The notes under the pieces: model-generated
Databases searched by the model: none
Told to the model about the DNA's origin: nothing
Seen by the model: the letters and a program-made list of their open reading frames with translations, nothing else
In this document: one piece after another, positions 1-13,089 of the stretch
Layout: each line of letters starts with the position of its first letter
Position numbering within the stretch: position 1 is the stretch's first letter
Source of the DNA: a bacterium
Lineage (GTDB): Bacteria > UBA8248
Assembly (NCBI GenBank): GCA_965261085.1
Contig: OZ253442.1
Location: forward strand, 608,001 to 672,000
Direction: 5' to 3'
DNA length: 64,000 nucleotides
Position numbers and translations under genes: made by a program

Positions 1-845
1 GCCTCTTTCATGGGCGCCGGGTCGCACACGTTGTCCTCGCCCAGCATCGTTATCTGATCATCGGTGAAGGGAGGCTTCATCGGGAGCAGGTTAAACAGCC
101 TGGCCTGTAAGCGCGCGATGGGCGTGGGCAGGGGCAGGAGCAGCCTTCTTTTACCCATCGCCTTCAACAGCATGGAGAGAATCTCTCTAATCGAATATGC
201 GGTGTCTCCGCCCATATCGTAGGTCTGTCCGATGGTCTCGGGCATGGCTAGGCATTGCGCAAAGCATCGGCACACGTCCTCCACCCAAATGGGCTGGAGC
301 TTCCCCCTCCCACCACCGATGAGGGGAAGAGCGGGCGCCATGCGCGCGATGCCGGCGAACGTGTTCAGGAACTCATCGTTCTCGCCGAAGATGATGGAGG
401 GCCTGAATATCGTCCAGTCCAGATCGCTCTCGCGAACGAACTGCTCGGCGGCGAATTTGGATTTATGATACCGGGCGACGGCGTTTTCCCTCGTTCCCAG
501 AGCACTCATGTGCACGAAACGCTTCACCCCCGCCTGCTCGGCGGCGGCCACCATGCGGCGCGTGCCCTCGGTATGGACCGTCTCGAAGCCGGGGGTTCCC
601 TTCTCGATGATGATGCCGGCCAGGTGAACCACGGCGTCTTGTTTCTTCATCAGTTCGGCGAGTTGATCGACTGAATACTCCGTGATGTCGCCGCGAACCG
701 GAAAGGCCCCGCTAATCGAGTCGAGGCGCTGCCTCGCCGGTTCGGGATCGCGCGAGAGCGTCCTGATATCATGGCCCGCCAGCGACAGAAGAGATAGAAG
801 GCTACCGCCGACATATCCTGTCCCGCCCGTCAGAAAAACTTTCAT
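1..845 (-). CDS. NAD(P)-dependent epimerase / complex I NDUFA9-like SDR (3' end beyond window start)
   Basis: Manual translation from ATG at 845: MKVFLTGGTGYVGG Rossmann motif; runs off the window edge so is absent from the ORF track. Confidence 0.8.
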   Translation of the reverse strand, partial: MKVFLTGGTGYVGGSLLSLLSLAGHDIRTLSRDPEPARQRLDSISGAFPVRGDITEYSVDQLAELMKKQDAVVHLAGIIIEKGTPGFETVHTEGTRRMVAAAEQAGVKRFVHMSALGTRENAVARYHKSKFAAEQFVRESDLDWTIFRPSIIFGENDEFLNTFAGIARMAPALPLIGGGRGKLQPIWVEDVCRCFAQCLAMPETIGQTYDMGGDTAYSIREILSMLLKAMGKRRLLLPLPTPIARLQARLFNLLPMKPPFTDDQITMLGEDNVCDPAPMKE

Positions 846-851
846 GATTCA

Positions 852-2219
852 CTACCTCCCCCACGAAGCGGATGAATCCGCTCGGTGCTCGCCCCCGATG
901 CGCGTGACGGTGCCCACCGGAGGTTCGTTCTTCGTCAACTCGCGCAATACCTCGCTCGCATAGGCCCCTGGCGGCAGGGTGAACCCAAGGCGCAGGCCCT
1001 CCTTTTCCGACCTCAGGCTCACCTCTTGTATTTGTACACGATATGGGCGTCTGGAACCATAAAGTTTCAGTCCCTCCAGCCCATCGAGAATGCCCGGCCC
1101 CCCGGCGCCGAGGGATTCTAGCACGCTTCGCTCGAGTTTTCCCGCCTCCCCGCGGGCTTCGATGAGCTTTCGACCAATCAGGGGCCCCGCCGGACTCGCC
1201 TCGAAGCACGCAAGCGCGCTCGCCTCCTTCTCGGGCGCGCCGACCCTTCTGGTCTTCCCCGTTTCATGGTGAAAAATCACGTCTCCCGACCAGAGACGAT
1301 CGTGCGCATGCGCTTCGAGCCTCCCCGCCAGGCAGAGGTTGAAAACCGCCGCCTGAAACGCGCCGCCGTACAAGACCCGCTCCCTTAGGGGAAGCGAAGC
1401 CACCGCTTGCCGGGGCGAGACCCCTTGCTCCAGGCGGGCGAGGGCTCGTCTTTCCGCCTCCCATGAGGGGGGATAGAGCTCCCGCGCGCCCCTGAACTCA
1501 CCTGCCTCATACCTGCGGGCGGCCTCCAGCAGGCGTTCATCCGCATCGTTTCGCGTGAGGGAAAACCGCGCCGAGCCCAAGAGCACGTCGAGAACACCCC
1601 GCCATTTCCCCCTCGTGAGCGCAAAACCGATTCGCGCCGTATGGCCGTGAACGCCGAACCTTTGATCACCAAAGGCGTTGGGCAGCCCCCGCGCGGCGAT
1701 ACAATCCAAAACCTCCTGCGCCCTCTCCCCGGCGTCCGGCGCGGTGTCTCGAACCAATATCTCGAAGCGATTGCCCGAAAGCGCGCCACGTCTCATCTGG
1801 ATCCGGGAGCGCGCCGCCTCGAGAACCCGGATCCCTTTTTGCTCCAGCATCGAGACGGAGTCGGGAACTTTTTGTGTTTTCGTCCGAAAAGAAAACCACT
1901 GCCGCGCCACCGCGTTGGTGTCTTTAAGACCCGCATACCCCGCCTCCGACTCGGGGATGTCCAGCGCCCGGCACAAGGTGCGCAACGCCTCGATGGTCGA
2001 GATTCCCCGCTTTTCCACCCATAGGTGGAGATGCTCTCCATCGCCGCTCGGGCTCGCAAGCGGAATCTCCTCCACGCGGAAATCCTCCGGCCTCGCGCGC
2101 AGCCGCCCGCCTATGCCGGGCACAGAGTCGGTAAGATACGCTCCCGCCAATTTTCTCTCTCCCGAAACCCCGTGAAACGCTCCCCTCGGCTCCCCGCCGG
2201 GTCCGCCGGGTCGGTTCAC
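852..2219 (-). CDS. truD: tRNA pseudouridine(13) synthase TruD
   Basis: Motifs PEDFRVEE, GYAGLKD..AVARQW, GNRFEI, PNAFGDQRFG, FTLPPGAYA. Confidence 0.92.
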   Translation of the reverse strand: MNRPGGPGGEPRGAFHGVSGERKLAGAYLTDSVPGIGGRLRARPEDFRVEEIPLASPSGDGEHLHLWVEKRGISTIEALRTLCRALDIPESEAGYAGLKDTNAVARQWFSFRTKTQKVPDSVSMLEQKGIRVLEAARSRIQMRRGALSGNRFEILVRDTAPDAGERAQEVLDCIAARGLPNAFGDQRFGVHGHTARIGFALTRGKWRGVLDVLLGSARFSLTRNDADERLLEAARRYEAGEFRGARELYPPSWEAERRALARLEQGVSPRQAVASLPLRERVLYGGAFQAAVFNLCLAGRLEAHAHDRLWSGDVIFHHETGKTRRVGAPEKEASALACFEASPAGPLIGRKLIEARGEAGKLERSVLESLGAGGPGILDGLEGLKLYGSRRPYRVQIQEVSLRSEKEGLRLGFTLPPGAYASEVLRELTKNEPPVGTVTRIGGEHRADSSASWGR

Positions 2220-2309
2220 TCGATGCGCCCTTGGGTCTATACTCGCGGTTCCCGCCGAGCGGATCCATCCGGCGTCTTTTTGCGATTTTCTTTCTCATGA
2301 GGAACGAAC

Positions 2310-2828
2310 ATGTCCGGCATTTTCGACAAGACTTCTCTTTTTCTTTCGACCATCGCGGTTATCCTGACGTTTTTGGCGTATCAGAAAACCGGGGAACTCC
2401 CCTGGGGTTCCGTGGGCCGCGCGGGAAGCCTCATCCTGGACATTTTTCCCAAACTCATGATCGGCATGCTCATCGGCGCGCTCATGGCCGAAGTCCTGCC
2501 GAAGGAAATCATCCAAAACTGGCTCTCGGATCGCTCGGGCTGGCGCGGCATTCTCATCGGCTGGGTGGCGGGGTTCATGTTCCCCATGGGCGCGCCCTTC
2601 GTCTTATACCCGATCGTGGCGGGGCTGCTGAAGGGGGGCGCGGGCTTCGGGCCGATGGTAACCCTGCTCACCGCATCGGCGCTGATCGGCCCGGTGCGCA
2701 CTTTTGTGTTTGAAATTCCCGTCCTCGGAACGGAGTTCTTCATGTTCCGCGCCATTTCGATCTTCTGGGTTCCGCCCGTGGTGGGCCTTCTCTCGCAGAT
2801 GGTCGTGCGGGTGCTGAGAGGCGGGTGA
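2310..2828 (+). CDS. Predicted permease (DUF318-like membrane protein)
   Basis: 172 aa, multiple hydrophobic segments, PFVLYPIVAGLLKGGAG motif. Confidence 0.65.
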   Translation: MSGIFDKTSLFLSTIAVILTFLAYQKTGELPWGSVGRAGSLILDIFPKLMIGMLIGALMAEVLPKEIIQNWLSDRSGWRGILIGWVAGFMFPMGAPFVLYPIVAGLLKGGAGFGPMVTLLTASALIGPVRTFVFEIPVLGTEFFMFRAISIFWVPPVVGLLSQMVVRVLRGG

Positions 2829-2886
2829 GGCGCTCAACACCCGAAAGCGCGGCCGGGGCGCAGACCCACCTCGCCCGGTTCTGGTT

Positions 2887-3786
2887 CTACGCGCTTCGCC
2901 TGGGGACTTCGATGGGCAGATCTTCCCTGTCGCCCCACTCTTTCCAGGAACCGAGATAGTTCCGGACCCTCTGGTAGCCGAGCAGCCGGTAGACGAGATA
3001 GGCGTGCGCCGAGCGGTAGCCGCCCTGGCAGAGCGGCGCCATTTCCTTGTCAGGAGTCAGGCCCCTGGGTTCGAGCAACTCCGCCAGTTCGGAAGCGGTT
3101 TTGAGCGACCCATCCGCCGCGATGGCCTCCGTCCACTCCAGGTGGACCGAACCCGGAACTGCGCCGCCGCGCGCGGCCCGGACGTTCTCGGCGAAATACT
3201 CACCCTCCGAGCGCGTGTCGTGAATCGCAACGTCCGGATCGCCTAGATGGTTCAGGATGTAGTCCGCCGTGGCGATGCGGCCCTCCTCGTACGGCTTGAG
3301 CCGGTTTGCGAACGAGGTTCTCAGAATCCGCTTGTGGCCCGCCACGCCCGCCTCGTAGGGACCTCCCGCCATCGGCCAGGCATCGCGCGTGAGGGGCAGT
3401 CCTGCGGCCTTCCATGCGTCGAGCCCGCCGTCTAAGACGTGCGCGTCCTCATGGCCCAGATATTCCAGGAACCAGAACCCGCGCGCTGCGCGGAAGCCCG
3501 TGTTTTCCTGGTAGAAGACCACCGTCTTATCATAATCGACGCCTCGTATCTCCATGAGATAAGCGAGCATCCAGGTGAAGGCGGCCAGCGCCTGCGGGCG
3601 GGTGTCGTTGAGCGAGATTCCGTACAGATCCAGGTGCGCGGCGCCCTCGATGTGGCCTGCGCAAAATTCCGGCGCCTGGCGGGTATCGATGATGACGAGA
3701 TCATCACCCTTGCGCTCGTCGATGCGCTCTTTGAGTTGCGAGGGCGTGAAGGCGAGGTCCGGATTCGCGTAGCCCTTATCGTTCAT
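2887..3786 (-). CDS. Tandem-domain sulfurtransferase (rhodanese/SseA family)
   Basis: GHIEGA, VLDGGLDAW, active-site loop CQGGYRS, YLGSWKEW. Confidence 0.9.
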   Translation of the reverse strand: MNDKGYANPDLAFTPSQLKERIDERKGDDLVIIDTRQAPEFCAGHIEGAAHLDLYGISLNDTRPQALAAFTWMLAYLMEIRGVDYDKTVVFYQENTGFRAARGFWFLEYLGHEDAHVLDGGLDAWKAAGLPLTRDAWPMAGGPYEAGVAGHKRILRTSFANRLKPYEEGRIATADYILNHLGDPDVAIHDTRSEGEYFAENVRAARGGAVPGSVHLEWTEAIAADGSLKTASELAELLEPRGLTPDKEMAPLCQGGYRSAHAYLVYRLLGYQRVRNYLGSWKEWGDREDLPIEVPRRSA

Positions 3787-3798
3787 CGGCGCAGCGCT

Positions 3799-4344
3799 CT
3801 ACCGGAACTCGCGGGGGCTGAGCGGCTCGAGCCTGTCCGTGAGCTCCCTTGTGATCGGCGATGCCTGGAGCGGACGCACGTACACCTTCGCCTTCCCCTC
3901 GGGGGTGACGAAGCGATAGCTCAGCTTGGCGACTTGGCTGTAGTTGTACCAGACGTGCGTGTTGCGCTCCCCGCCGGTGACCAAGAGCAAATGAATCATC
4001 TCGACCGCCCCGCCGGAGCGTGTGATAACCTCGAGCCGGTCGATCTCGCGGGCGAATGTTTCTGATTTTCCCGTCGCCAGCGTGATGGTGACGATGAGAT
4101 CCAGGGGGCGCTGAGGCTGCGTCGGCGTCAGGGGGGATTGCAGCGGCATCGCGGGCGCGGCCGGGGCCAGGGTCGGGGCTGCCGGAGGCGACTGGCCCGG
4201 AACCGTTCCGGGCGAAGCGGGCTGCGTTTCGGGTGGGGTCAGCGGCGGCGGCGTCAAACTCTGCGCCTCGGCGCTCACCGCCAAAAGAACCACCCCAAGT
4301 GTTGCGAGCAACAATCTCAGGATTCTCGTCTTAATCAAAAACAT
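3799..4344 (-). CDS. Hypothetical exported protein with Pro-rich N-terminal linker
   Basis: Signal peptide ending AEA/Q, Pro-rich stretch, AGGAG RBS upstream. Confidence 0.7.
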   Translation of the reverse strand: MFLIKTRILRLLLATLGVVLLAVSAEAQSLTPPPLTPPETQPASPGTVPGQSPPAAPTLAPAAPAMPLQSPLTPTQPQRPLDLIVTITLATGKSETFAREIDRLEVITRSGGAVEMIHLLLVTGGERNTHVWYNYSQVAKLSYRFVTPEGKAKVYVRPLQASPITRELTDRLEPLSPREFR

Positions 4345-4406
4345 GTTCTCTCCTTTTCAGGGAGTCGCGTTTTGTATGTGTTCGAAAGACGTGTGCGCAT
4401 TATACC

Positions 4407-6017
4407 TCATTTCGCCGCATCCGCAGCGCAGCGAAACCCGTATGCGGGCAACCGGCGGTCGGGAACGTCGCCCGTTCTGTGCGATGAGGCCAGCGCCCAC
4501 CACCCGTTCACCCAGGATCCGCCCTTGAGCGTTCGCAGCACCCGCTCGTTTCGCCTAATCGGCTGAGCGTCTTCGGATCTATTTTTGAACTCATCCTCCA
4601 CCCACTCCCAAACGTTTCCGGCCAGATCCTCGACCCCGTGAATGCTGGCGCCCTCGGGCCGTCTTCCAACGGCCTTGGGGCCTCCCGCATCGGGGCTCAG
4701 GCCGAAAACGGCGTTCCTGTCGCGCTGCGTATTCCCCCACGGATACAGCCTGCCCTTGCCAGCGCCTTGGGCGGCGTATTCCCATTCAGACTCCGTGGGC
4801 AGTCGCTTCCCTGCCCATACACAGTACGCGCGCGCCTCTTCCCACGTCACCCCCACCACGGGAAGGTGCGGACCGGTAAAATGGACCTTGCGCCAAAAAG
4901 GGGGCTCGGGCCCGTTCGTCGCCCGTACGAAATTCGCGTAGAGAGCGTTCGTCACCTCGAACTTGTCCAGACGAAAAGGCCCGACCTCGACGGACCTGCC
5001 GCCCGTCGCTCTGAGAGGCGCGCGCCTGCGGCGCCATCTTCTGCGCGACCTTCTCGGGTAGGTGAACTCAACACCCATCATGAACCGCCCGCCGGGAATT
5101 TTCACCATACCCTCGAGTGAGGGCTTGCGGACGGGTGGTGGTTTCAACGTCTCGGGCGCAGGCTCGGGGGGCGTAAGTTTCGCGGTTTCGGTTTTCTCCT
5201 CGGGCTTTGGTTCCGTCTCTGGCGTTGATTCCGGTTCTGGGGCGACGTCGGGCTCAGGAGGAGCGCTTTTTGTGGTTGGCTCCTCCCCCTCTAGTGGAGA
5301 GGGTGGGGGTTCGGCCGAGGGTTTTTCCTCTTCTTTCTTTTCCGTCGGGAGTCGAGGGGGAGGCAGGCCCTTGATGGCGCGCGCCTTGAGTTCATACTCG
5401 ATGTTGGTGAGTTCGGGCCATCTCGCCTTGTCGATCGAGCCGAGCAACGCCTTCGCCTCTTTCAGTCGCCCGTATCGATACAGCAAATAGGCGAGACCGC
5501 GCCGAGCGCTGCCGCTTTCGGGGTAGCGCCTGTTCGCGCGCACGAAAAAGAGAAAAGCCTCATCGGGACGATTCGCGTCATAGAGGGTCCAGCCAAGGCC
5601 GGTGAGGGCATGGAGAAGTTCCGGCTCATGAATGAGCGCCTCGCGAAACCTTTTCTCGGCGAGTTCGTAATCTTCTTGCCGATAGGCCGCTTCTCCTTTT
5701 TCGCTCAAAATCGCGGCTCGGCTCGGTGGGGGCGGCTCGGGTTCCGGCGGCCGCTCGGACTCCTGCGGGAGCGCAGATTCCGCGGGAGAAGGCGACTTGC
5801 GCTGCGGCGGCGGCGCGGGCGCTGGAAAAGGCGTTCGTTTGAGCGCCCGGGCGGGGAAGGGAGCGTCCTGAGCCGTTTTTTGCTCCGGCGCTATCGACCC
5901 CCGGGCGGACGGCTCTGCGCCGCCGCATCCGGAAACCCCGAGGGCCAGCGCGAGGAAACACGCCGAAGCCGAGAGCAGAGGCGGATGTCCCTCCCCTTCA
6001 TTTATTTTTCGCATCAC
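4407..6017 (-). CDS. Lipoprotein with TPR repeats and C-terminal FGE-sulfatase (SUMF1/EgtB/PvdO) domain
   Basis: Lipobox VSGC, TPR-like helices, RLPTESEWEYAA, DLAGNVWEW, GGSW, GFRCA. Confidence 0.85.
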   Translation of the reverse strand: MMRKINEGEGHPPLLSASACFLALALGVSGCGGAEPSARGSIAPEQKTAQDAPFPARALKRTPFPAPAPPPQRKSPSPAESALPQESERPPEPEPPPPSRAAILSEKGEAAYRQEDYELAEKRFREALIHEPELLHALTGLGWTLYDANRPDEAFLFFVRANRRYPESGSARRGLAYLLYRYGRLKEAKALLGSIDKARWPELTNIEYELKARAIKGLPPPRLPTEKKEEEKPSAEPPPSPLEGEEPTTKSAPPEPDVAPEPESTPETEPKPEEKTETAKLTPPEPAPETLKPPPVRKPSLEGMVKIPGGRFMMGVEFTYPRRSRRRWRRRRAPLRATGGRSVEVGPFRLDKFEVTNALYANFVRATNGPEPPFWRKVHFTGPHLPVVGVTWEEARAYCVWAGKRLPTESEWEYAAQGAGKGRLYPWGNTQRDRNAVFGLSPDAGGPKAVGRRPEGASIHGVEDLAGNVWEWVEDEFKNRSEDAQPIRRNERVLRTLKGGSWVNGWWALASSHRTGDVPDRRLPAYGFRCAADAAK

Positions 6018-6028
6018 TCACCCAGTGT

Positions 6029-8458
6029 TTACGGAGAGCCGTTTCCGTTCTCCTCGATACGGGCCAGGGCCGCGACGCGATCCCCTTCCTTGACCCCGAT
6101 GAGGCGAACGCCCTGCGTGGCGCGTCCGATGATGGAAACTTTCTGAACCCGGGAGCGAATGAGTTGCCCCCCGATGGTGATAAGCATAAATTCATCGTCC
6201 TCGGTCACCCGCTGAATGCCGATGACCGGCCCGTTCTTCTCGGTTACCTTGATGTTGATCACACCCTTGCCTCCCCGGTTCGTCAGCCGGTAATCGTCCA
6301 CACGACTGCGCTTGCCGTACCCGAATTCGGTGGCGGTGAGAATGATGTCTCCCGGCGAGACGACTTCCATGCCGATGACGTAGTCGTCTTTCGCCAGATC
6401 GATTCCGCGCACGCCGCGCGTGTTTCTGCCCATGGCGCGAACCTTGCCTTCGGGGAAACGGATGGCCTTGCCGTCTTTCGTTCCCAGGAACACGTCGAGA
6501 TTGCCGTCGGTCTGACCCACGCCGATGAGTTCGTCGCCCTCATCGAGATTGAGCGCGATGATGCCGCCCGCTCTCGGGCGGCTGAACGCCGTGAGCTGCG
6601 TTTTCTTGAGCACGCCTTTCCTGGTCGCCATGAGGATGTAGCGGTCGGGTTCGAACTTGCGCACCGGCATGACGGCGGAGACGAACTCTCCCGCCGCCAA
6701 CTGAAGCACGTTCACGATGGCCTTGCCGCGCGCCGCCCGTCCCCCCTGGGGAATCTCGTGCACCTTCAGCCAATGGCAGCGCCCGCGCGAGGTGAAGAAC
6801 ATCATGTAATCGTGCGTGGAGGCGATAAAGAGCTGTTCGACGAAATCCTCTTGTTTCGTCCCCATGCCCATCACGCCCTTGCCGCCCCGGCGCTGGGAAC
6901 GATACAGGGTAATGGCGTTTCGCTTGATATAGCCCGAATTCGAGATGGTGACCGCCATATCTTCTTCGACGATCATATCCTCAAGAGATATCTCGCTCGT
7001 TTCGTCCACGATCTCCGTTCGCCGCTCGTCCGCGAATTTCTCCCTGACCTCCAGAAGTTCCTTCTTGATAATGGAGGTCTGGAGCTTTCCGTCCACGAGC
7101 ACTTCCCGGAGGTGGGCGATGGCCTTTTGGAGTTCCTCGTATTCCGCCTCTATCTTGTCGCGCTCGAGGCCCGTGAGGCGCTGGAGCCTCATCTCCAGGA
7201 TGGCCTGGGCCTGGGGCTGGGTGAGACTGAAATTCCGCATGAGGCCGCCGCGCGCCTCCTCGGGCGTCTTGCTCCCCCGAATGAGCGCGATGACTTCTTC
7301 GATGTTGTCGAGCGCGATGCGGTAGCCCTCGAGTATGTGCGCCCTGTTCTCGGCCTTCTTGAGTTCGAAGCGGCTGCGCCTGAGGACGACCTCCCGGCGA
7401 TAGCGCAGGAAGTGGAAGAGCATTTCCTTCACGCCCATCACGCGCGGCTGGTTGTTCACGAGCGCCAGGAGAATGACGCCGAAGCTCGTCTGCATCTGGG
7501 TATGTTTGTAGAGCTGGTTCAGGACCGCTCCGCCCACGGCGTCTCTTTTGAGGTCGATGACGATGCGCATGCCGCTCCTGTCGCTCTCGTCCCTGATGTC
7601 GGAGATATCCATGATTTTCTGCGCGCGAACCAGGTCTGCTATCTTCTCGATGAGCCTCGACTTGTTGAGCGCGTAAGGAATCTCCGTCACCACGATGGAC
7701 TGCCGGTTCGTCCGTGCGTTGATCTCCACCACCGACCTGGCGCGCATCTGCACCGAGCCCCGGCCCGTCTCGTAGTAGCTCCTGATTCCTGAACGCCCGT
7801 TGATGATGCCCGCGGTAGGAAAATCCGGCCCCGGCATTCTCTCGAGAATTTCCTCGAGCGTGGCGTCTGCATTCTCCAGCACGTGAACGAGCGTATCGCA
7901 AAGCTCGCCCAGGTTATGGGGCGGGATGTTCGTGGCCATGCCGACGGCGATGCCCGTGGAGCCGTTCAGCAGCAGGTTGGGCACGCGGGAGGGGAGCACG
8001 GAGGGCTCCGTCCGCGTGTTGTCGTAATTGGGTCTGTAGTCGACGGTGTCTTTTTCGATGTCGGCAAGCAGGTTCTCGGCGAGCAACGTCATCCGCGCCT
8101 CGGTGTAGCGCATGGCCGCCGGCGGGTCGCCGTCCACGGAGCCGAAGTTGCCCTGCCCATCCACCAGGAGGCCGCGCAGGGAAAATTCCTGCGCCATGCG
8201 CGCCAGCGCCGGGTAGACCACCGCCTCACCGTGGGGATGATAGTTTCCGCTCACGTCGCCTGCTATCTTCGCGCATTTGCGAAACGCCTTGTTGTGCGAG
8301 AGGCCCAGATCGTTGAGTGTGGTGAGGATACGCCGCTGCACTGGCTTGAGTCCGTCGCGCACGTCGGGCAGGGCGCGCGCGATGATGACGCTCATCGCAT
8401 AGTCCATGAAGGACACGCTCATCTCCTGCTCTATGCTGACTTCGTGAAGGTTGTCCAT
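6029..8458 (-). CDS. gyrA: DNA gyrase subunit A
   Basis: [29 protein letters not shown], GyrA-box QRRGGKG; start placed at ATG 8458 after AGGAG. Confidence 0.97.
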   Translation of the reverse strand: MDNLHEVSIEQEMSVSFMDYAMSVIIARALPDVRDGLKPVQRRILTTLNDLGLSHNKAFRKCAKIAGDVSGNYHPHGEAVVYPALARMAQEFSLRGLLVDGQGNFGSVDGDPPAAMRYTEARMTLLAENLLADIEKDTVDYRPNYDNTRTEPSVLPSRVPNLLLNGSTGIAVGMATNIPPHNLGELCDTLVHVLENADATLEEILERMPGPDFPTAGIINGRSGIRSYYETGRGSVQMRARSVVEINARTNRQSIVVTEIPYALNKSRLIEKIADLVRAQKIMDISDIRDESDRSGMRIVIDLKRDAVGGAVLNQLYKHTQMQTSFGVILLALVNNQPRVMGVKEMLFHFLRYRREVVLRRSRFELKKAENRAHILEGYRIALDNIEEVIALIRGSKTPEEARGGLMRNFSLTQPQAQAILEMRLQRLTGLERDKIEAEYEELQKAIAHLREVLVDGKLQTSIIKKELLEVREKFADERRTEIVDETSEISLEDMIVEEDMAVTISNSGYIKRNAITLYRSQRRGGKGVMGMGTKQEDFVEQLFIASTHDYMMFFTSRGRCHWLKVHEIPQGGRAARGKAIVNVLQLAAGEFVSAVMPVRKFEPDRYILMATRKGVLKKTQLTAFSRPRAGGIIALNLDEGDELIGVGQTDGNLDVFLGTKDGKAIRFPEGKVRAMGRNTRGVRGIDLAKDDYVIGMEVVSPGDIILTATEFGYGKRSRVDDYRLTNRGGKGVINIKVTEKNGPVIGIQRVTEDDEFMLITIGGQLIRSRVQKVSIIGRATQGVRLIGVKEGDRVAALARIEENGNGSP

Positions 8459-8754
8459 TGTCTCGAAACTCTCCTGGCGACGGCGCAAAAGGGGAACCGT
8501 CATGAAGTTCAAAATGCCGGATAGGGGCGACCCCAGGCGGGAAAAATAAACTCCTTATCTTATACCATAAAAACGGTTGCGATGGAAAACGAAAACAACG
8601 ACTTGCGGCATCTTTCGTTGGGCCGGAAGCCCCCCTTGCTTCAAGCTCAGGCCCTTACGTTTTCCAAGTTGCCTGTGCGCTTCCTTTCGCGGACAATACG
8701 CACGCTCGGACCCTGGGCGAAATGCAGACCCAACTTTTTCAAGTGAGGATGCCC

Positions 8755-9189
8755 ATGCGATTCCATCTTGTGTCAGGCCGCCTCGTTCGTCTCGTTGCGC
8801 TCGCCGCCTTTGTGCTGGCGCTGATCGTCTCCCCGATGAAAGGCGACGCCCAAGCGCCCGAGGCGGGGGATTTGATGGAGAAGATGGATGCGGATTTCGT
8901 CGCGCTGGTAAAGGCCGCCCTGATCGCCTCGGTTCAAGAACTCGTGAACGAGACGCCATACGGAACCATCGAAAAACACGCGGAGTCCATCGCCGCCACG
9001 GCGAAAATCCTGCCGAGCGCGGAGGAATTCCGGGGGGATAATTCGATTCTCGTCTTCTCGCGCCAACTCGAAGGCGCCGCCACCGGTCTCGCCAAGGCGG
9101 CGAAGACAAAAAAAATAGACACGACCTCCAAGGCGCTTCTGGCAGTGCACGGCGTGTGCGTGCGCTGTCACGAGGAGGCGCGTTTCTAG
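8755..9189 (+). CDS. Cytochrome c'-like (class II) periplasmic protein
   Basis: Signal peptide, helical body, single C-terminal CxxCH (CVRCH); start uncertain (8749/8755). Confidence 0.75.
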   Translation: MRFHLVSGRLVRLVALAAFVLALIVSPMKGDAQAPEAGDLMEKMDADFVALVKAALIASVQELVNETPYGTIEKHAESIAATAKILPSAEEFRGDNSILVFSRQLEGAATGLAKAAKTKKIDTTSKALLAVHGVCVRCHEEARF

Positions 9190-9244
9190 TTTCCAGGGAA
9201 TTTCCGGGCGTTTGGGCCTTCGTGCACAGAGCGGGGCTCGCGCG

Positions 9245-11737
<2,493 letters not shown>

Positions 11738-12853
11738 TTAATCTATTCTTTCAACCCTTGCGTCTCGAACCAAGAAATTCTTCCCCTCAACCTCGTTTTT
11801 TCTCAACCGGGATTCCTCTGTCGACGTGATGAACGTCTGCGCTCCCAAAGAACCCAGGAACAACAACACTCTCTTTGTCCTGCTCGCATCAAGCTCTGAA
11901 CCCAAATCATCAAGCAACACGACGGGAGCCTCTTTCCTTCTTCGTTTATATTCCTCGGCATTCGCCGACACCAAGAGGATCGTGATGAGCCGCTGCTCTC
12001 CCTGGGAGGCGACATCCTTCGCCCGGCGCCCATTCCACGATAAGCAAAAATCATCGAGCTGCGGTCCCCACAGCGTCGTTCTCCTCGCCATCTCCTCTTT
12101 TGCGAGCCTTCGGGCCGTCGCCTGTAAACCCTCTCGTATCTCCCCTTCCTCTTCCTCGTCTCCCCTCGGAAGACCACCGGCTTCATACGCTACGGAAACC
12201 CTGGATTCCCGCGTTTCTCCGAATAAACTCTCTAGGTGATTCAGCCGGTTTTTCAGTGAATTTATATATCTTTTCCTGCGGACGATAATGCGGGCGGCCA
12301 TCTCGATTAATCGCTCCTGCCACACCTGAATCATAGCAGATTCGCCCCCATTTCTCAAAAGGTGATTTCTTTCCGAAAGCAGTTTTGCATACGTCCTGGA
12401 ATCCTCGAGATGCTGTGGTTCGACGGCCGCTATCGCTTGATCGAAAAAACGTCTCCTCGCTCCGGGACCCTCCTTGATTACTTGAGGCGTTTCGGGAAAG
12501 AAAACAATGACGTGAGAACTGTCAAGATAGGGCATCAGACCCCGCAACTCCTGTCCGTCTTTCTTGTATTTTCTCTCGCGTCGGTGAAACGCAGCTTCCA
12601 GCCTCGTTTCCTTTTTGCTCCTCTCTTCGACAAACATTCCGGACGCATACATTCCCTCACTACCATGTAAAACCATCTTCTCTCTGGATATCCGGCGAAA
12701 TGAACGCAGGTGAGAAAGGTAATAAATGGCTTCCAGTAGATTCGTTTTCCCGGAACCGTTGTTTCCGAAAACATAGTTGAATCCCGGGTGGGGCTTGAGC
12801 GAGAGCTTTGAATAATTCCTGAAATTCTTGAGGGTCAGTTCAGTGATACGCAA
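11738..12853 (-). CDS. recF: DNA replication/repair protein RecF
   Basis: NFRNY, Walker A GNNGSGKTN, SQGEQR, LLDDLGSELD; TTG start. Confidence 0.93.
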   Translation of the reverse strand: MRITELTLKNFRNYSKLSLKPHPGFNYVFGNNGSGKTNLLEAIYYLSHLRSFRRISREKMVLHGSEGMYASGMFVEERSKKETRLEAAFHRRERKYKKDGQELRGLMPYLDSSHVIVFFPETPQVIKEGPGARRRFFDQAIAAVEPQHLEDSRTYAKLLSERNHLLRNGGESAMIQVWQERLIEMAARIIVRRKRYINSLKNRLNHLESLFGETRESRVSVAYEAGGLPRGDEEEEGEIREGLQATARRLAKEEMARRTTLWGPQLDDFCLSWNGRRAKDVASQGEQRLITILLVSANAEEYKRRRKEAPVVLLDDLGSELDASRTKRVLLFLGSLGAQTFITSTEESRLRKNEVEGKNFLVRDARVERID

Positions 12854-12875
12854 GAGATATTCTCAGGCCTTGGTT

Positions 12876-13082
12876 CTTTTATAACCATATATAATATCTA
12901 AATAGTAGTAGTAGTAGTGGCGGGGAAACTGTGGACAACCGCATAAGACGCTTAAAAAAAAGCACTTTGCCGATTGGATGAATGTGGAATTGTTTGTGGG
13001 TAAAAGCGGATTGCCGGGGTTTTTTTTGTCGAGCGTTACGAAGACAGGGGTTTCAATACGGTTATCCACAGTTTTTTCCACT
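12876..13082. promoter_or_regulatory. oriC unwinding region: AT-rich tract, DnaA-trios and DnaA boxes
   Basis: AT-rich 12876-12902; (TAG)5 12903-12917; short GC tract; boxes TGTGGACAA 12930-12938, TGTGGGTAA 12995-13003, TTATCCACA 13062-13070, TTTTCCACT 13074-13082. Confidence 0.85.
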
Positions 13083-13089
13083 GGTTGTT

